Of a DNA stretch of 64,000 nt, positions 61,458 to 64,000 are shown in pieces. Both the position numbers and the translations under genes were made by a program. Source of the stretch: a virus; IMG/VR virus record IMGVR_UViG_3300030329_001630, positions 7,592 to 71,591 of that record, one strand, 5' to 3'. How positions within the stretch are numbered: position 1 is the stretch's first letter; the number at the start of each line of letters is the position of its first letter. The notes under the pieces were generated by a model. The model ran no database searches. It saw nothing but the letters and a program-made list of their open reading frames with translations, and had not been told where the DNA came from.

Positions 61458-64000
61458 TTAATCAATGTCTGAGCAAACACACTCATCAATAATAGGACAC
61501 CAAGTTAAATCAATAATTCCATCGGGGTGATCGAAATCAACAAAGAAATGATCCCTTATTCCCTGACAAGTTGAACGGCATTCGGCATCTGGGTTATCTA
61601 TCCAACTCCTTGTACCATCTTCAGCCACTTGGATTTTTTCTAAAAGTGTATTAGCGTTAACGCTTCTAGCATCAGTTGGTCCCTGCCTAGTACAAGTACC
61701 GCCTTTCCACCTACAAACATTATGGTAATATAAAATGGGATTAGCAACGGACAACACAATACCTCCCACATTAGGAATACCCCCACTAGTCAGAGCCTCA
61801 CCTAAATCAAGTAAATCACAATGGGCTGCGGACATAAAGTTAGTATTAGTTGTCTGTAAAGCTAAACCATCTTTAGTTTCTTCTGAACTCGATGTAATCA
61901 CAGTTCGAGCAGTACGGGGTTTAACTTCTTCTAAGGTATCATCTACAGAAGGCTTCCAAACAGTTTCTTGAAACGTTGTCATAGCGGCTACATCAACTTT
62001 AAAATTACCCGTAGAACCATAAGGATTATGGATAATTCCTCCTGTAGAAGTACGACCAATTCTAGGACTCTTTCTAGCAAAAACTACTTCACCTGAAGTA
62101 ATATTTTCAGCTTTAATATTCGCCGTAGTAAGATGTGTATCACTTCCATCCTTATTGGCTCCGGTAAGGAACAACGGAAATTGAGGTGAAATACTACCTT
62201 GGTTGGTTAATTTAGTTGTCCTAACCTGCCTAATATTCTTTAGAACAGGAGTATGACTACCAGTCCAGTAATACGGAACCGTAGCGGTTGACGCTGATCC
62301 ATCAGCTTTAGGTAAGTTAATATTAAAATTAGAACCAAGTTTCCCAATAGCGTTGGGACCGTAATCAAAAGAACAATCAAACAAATAAGTGGAAAGATCG
62401 CTTAAAGTTCTGATTTTTCCAATTTCCGTACCTGTAGCATTAAACCAATAATCTGTTCCTGTTTTTTGCTCTAAACAAATATTAGCTAAATGTACATTAG
62501 TCAAGATTTTTTTACCAAACTGTAGGCCATAATCTAATCCCGCAATTTTCGTATCAGGATTACCTGCCCAAACACTACCAAAAGCAATACCAGAAGATTT
62601 AGCACTATACTGACAGCTATCTGTAGAAGACATAGTATCACTGCACTGCCTTTCAGCAAGACCAGATGTAACAACTATATTATCAACGTAATAGTGATTC
62701 ATAACAGGAGAAATCTGTTGGTTTGTAGCAGCCATGTCTTCGTAATGAACATCACAAATAGCCATATTACGAACTTGAAAAACACCAAAGTTATTTGGGT
62801 GACCGAAATCACTCTTATAATCATTATCGTAACTCTGCAACAAATCTTTATTTCTTAAAGAAGGAGCAGCAATCTGCCAAATACGACCATAGTGGTTATC
62901 AAACTTAAGGTTCATCATAATACGGTTATCAATAAAGACATTAAAGTTCCGAATAGGTCGTGGATAATCGCTTGGTGTAGTTTCGGTAGGATCAGAAGTA
63001 AAAGAAGTAATATTATAGTCTTTAACTGCTGTTCCGTCTGGGAGTACAACATTCTTCCAATACTGAGGAGCGTTTCCAGTCCACTGGACAAAATCATTGT
63101 GTAATGCACTAGGCTGAGTAATACCATCGCTTCCTCTTACCCAGATATCCATAAGAACAGAGTGCCCTTGATTACCCATTAAGTCAACAGCGCAGATATC
63201 AGCAGTCTTATGCTTTACGATAATAGGGTTCTTTAAAGTAGGTCCAGTAGTATTATGGGAATAAAGATATTTACCGAATGTTCCCATATTCCACTTAGAA
63301 GTTCCTTCAGAAATAGGCATTAAAGAAGTATTATATAAACCAAGTTTAATACAATGTTCTGGCTTAGTTCCTAAACACATATAAGGACTAGTAGTGTTAA
63401 GATCAGAACCAAAGATACCCTTACAAGACCAACCAGCACCCGACGTACAGATGTTATCGCCGCAATCAATATTAGGTAAAAGAGCCGTAGTTACATCCGT
63501 TTGGATATCAATACTGTCCTTACAAATAAAAGGCCACCATGTTTTTGAGTGTTGTTTGCATCCGCATGCTTCTTCGCACTGGGAACAGCCAGATGTAGTA
63601 CAATCAGTACAATCAGTTCCGCTATCTGAATTAGCACCACAGCAATCAGACCCACAAATACTGGTGGGTTGGGCACAAGGCGCGGTAGTATCTGTAGAGA
63701 TAGGCGGAGGACATTTAGCATACGTAATTGTTCCAGTTATGTTACCGGAACTATCTCTTTTCTTTGTGTCCCCGCAAATAAGATTGGATGAGCCATCGAC
63801 CATATCAGAAGCAGTAATGTTAGCTGTACACTTACTATTAAGCTCAACGTTTTCAACGATAAGACGGCAGTTATCTCCACTAGTTTGGATACAACCAATA
63901 TCAGAGTATTCTTTTCCGTTAGATTGATGTCCCCGCATAGAAGTCATAATTGTGAGGTTTTTAACATTAAGGGCAAAATTCTTTTGGATAAATTCTGCTA
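61458..64000 (-). CDS. Large Cys-rich putative tail/virion protein; 5' end lies beyond the right edge
   Basis: The frame stays open from 63947 to 64000 (AEFIQKNFALNVKNLTI-MTSM) with no RBS before the ATG. About 35 Cys in the 829 aa shown. Confidence 0.7.
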   Translation of the reverse strand, partial: AEFIQKNFALNVKNLTIMTSMRGHQSNGKEYSDIGCIQTSGDNCRLIVENVELNSKCTANITASDMVDGSSNLICGDTKKRDSSGNITGTITYAKCPPPISTDTTAPCAQPTSICGSDCCGANSDSGTDCTDCTTSGCSQCEEACGCKQHSKTWWPFICKDSIDIQTDVTTALLPNIDCGDNICTSGAGWSCKGIFGSDLNTTSPYMCLGTKPEHCIKLGLYNTSLMPISEGTSKWNMGTFGKYLYSHNTTGPTLKNPIIVKHKTADICAVDLMGNQGHSVLMDIWVRGSDGITQPSALHNDFVQWTGNAPQYWKNVVLPDGTAVKDYNITSFTSDPTETTPSDYPRPIRNFNVFIDNRIMMNLKFDNHYGRIWQIAAPSLRNKDLLQSYDNDYKSDFGHPNNFGVFQVRNMAICDVHYEDMAATNQQISPVMNHYYVDNIVVTSGLAERQCSDTMSSTDSCQYSAKSSGIAFGSVWAGNPDTKIAGLDYGLQFGKKILTNVHLANICLEQKTGTDYWFNATGTEIGKIRTLSDLSTYLFDCSFDYGPNAIGKLGSNFNINLPKADGSASTATVPYYWTGSHTPVLKNIRQVRTTKLTNQGSISPQFPLFLTGANKDGSDTHLTTANIKAENITSGEVVFARKSPRIGRTSTGGIIHNPYGSTGNFKVDVAAMTTFQETVWKPSVDDTLEEVKPRTARTVITSSSEETKDGLALQTTNTNFMSAAHCDLLDLGEALTSGGIPNVGGIVLSVANPILYYHNVCRWKGGTCTRQGPTDARSVNANTLLEKIQVAEDGTRSWIDNPDAECRSTCQGIRDHFFVDFDHPDGIIDLTWCPIIDECVCSDID

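Noticed and set aside
1-64000. CRISPR array, integrase/att site, IS element, intron or intein
   Set aside because: No regularly spaced repeats, recombinase or transposase motifs were seen. Polymerase, helicase, RNR and terminase are of normal length with no splicing motifs.
1-64000. Alternative genetic code
   Set aside because: Long genes are intact under the standard code and no suppressor tRNA is present.

Overview
The window is a 64-kb, gene-dense stretch of a large T7-like (Autographiviridae-like) podovirus genome, with essentially every real gene on the minus strand. It looks circularly permuted. A probable genome-end junction at about 33.8 kb separates a GC-rich early region from the late genes. 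Reading leftwards from that junction: about 25 small early genes, ThyX, a DUF932 protein, three tRNAs (Lys-UUU, Arg-UCU, Leu-UAA) with a degenerate citrate-synthase-like gene among them, a T7-type RNA polymerase, a sigma-70 (FliA/WhiG-like) factor, a metallophosphoesterase, SSB, RusA, primase-helicase, family A DNA polymerase, dNMP kinase, exonuclease, class II RNR, portal, scaffold, major capsid, tail tubular A, and a greatly enlarged tail tubular B that runs off the left edge. The right half holds Cys-rich virion proteins, a lysis-like cassette, small and large terminase, a sulfotransferase-like protein and three internal-virion-type proteins, the last of 4735 aa. Four features stand out. 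(1) The 4735-aa protein carries correctly spaced single-subunit RNA polymerase motifs plus a zincin-like motif, so the phage may have a virion RNAP, a T7 RNAP and a sigma factor. (2) Tail tubular B contains six copies of one domain nested inside each other. (3) Phycisphaerae-type PEP-CTERM and dockerin-like signatures suggest a planctomycete host. (4) There is a putative disruptin-like lysis peptide and there are repeated cis-elements. All family assignments come from motif recognition by eye; no searches were run.
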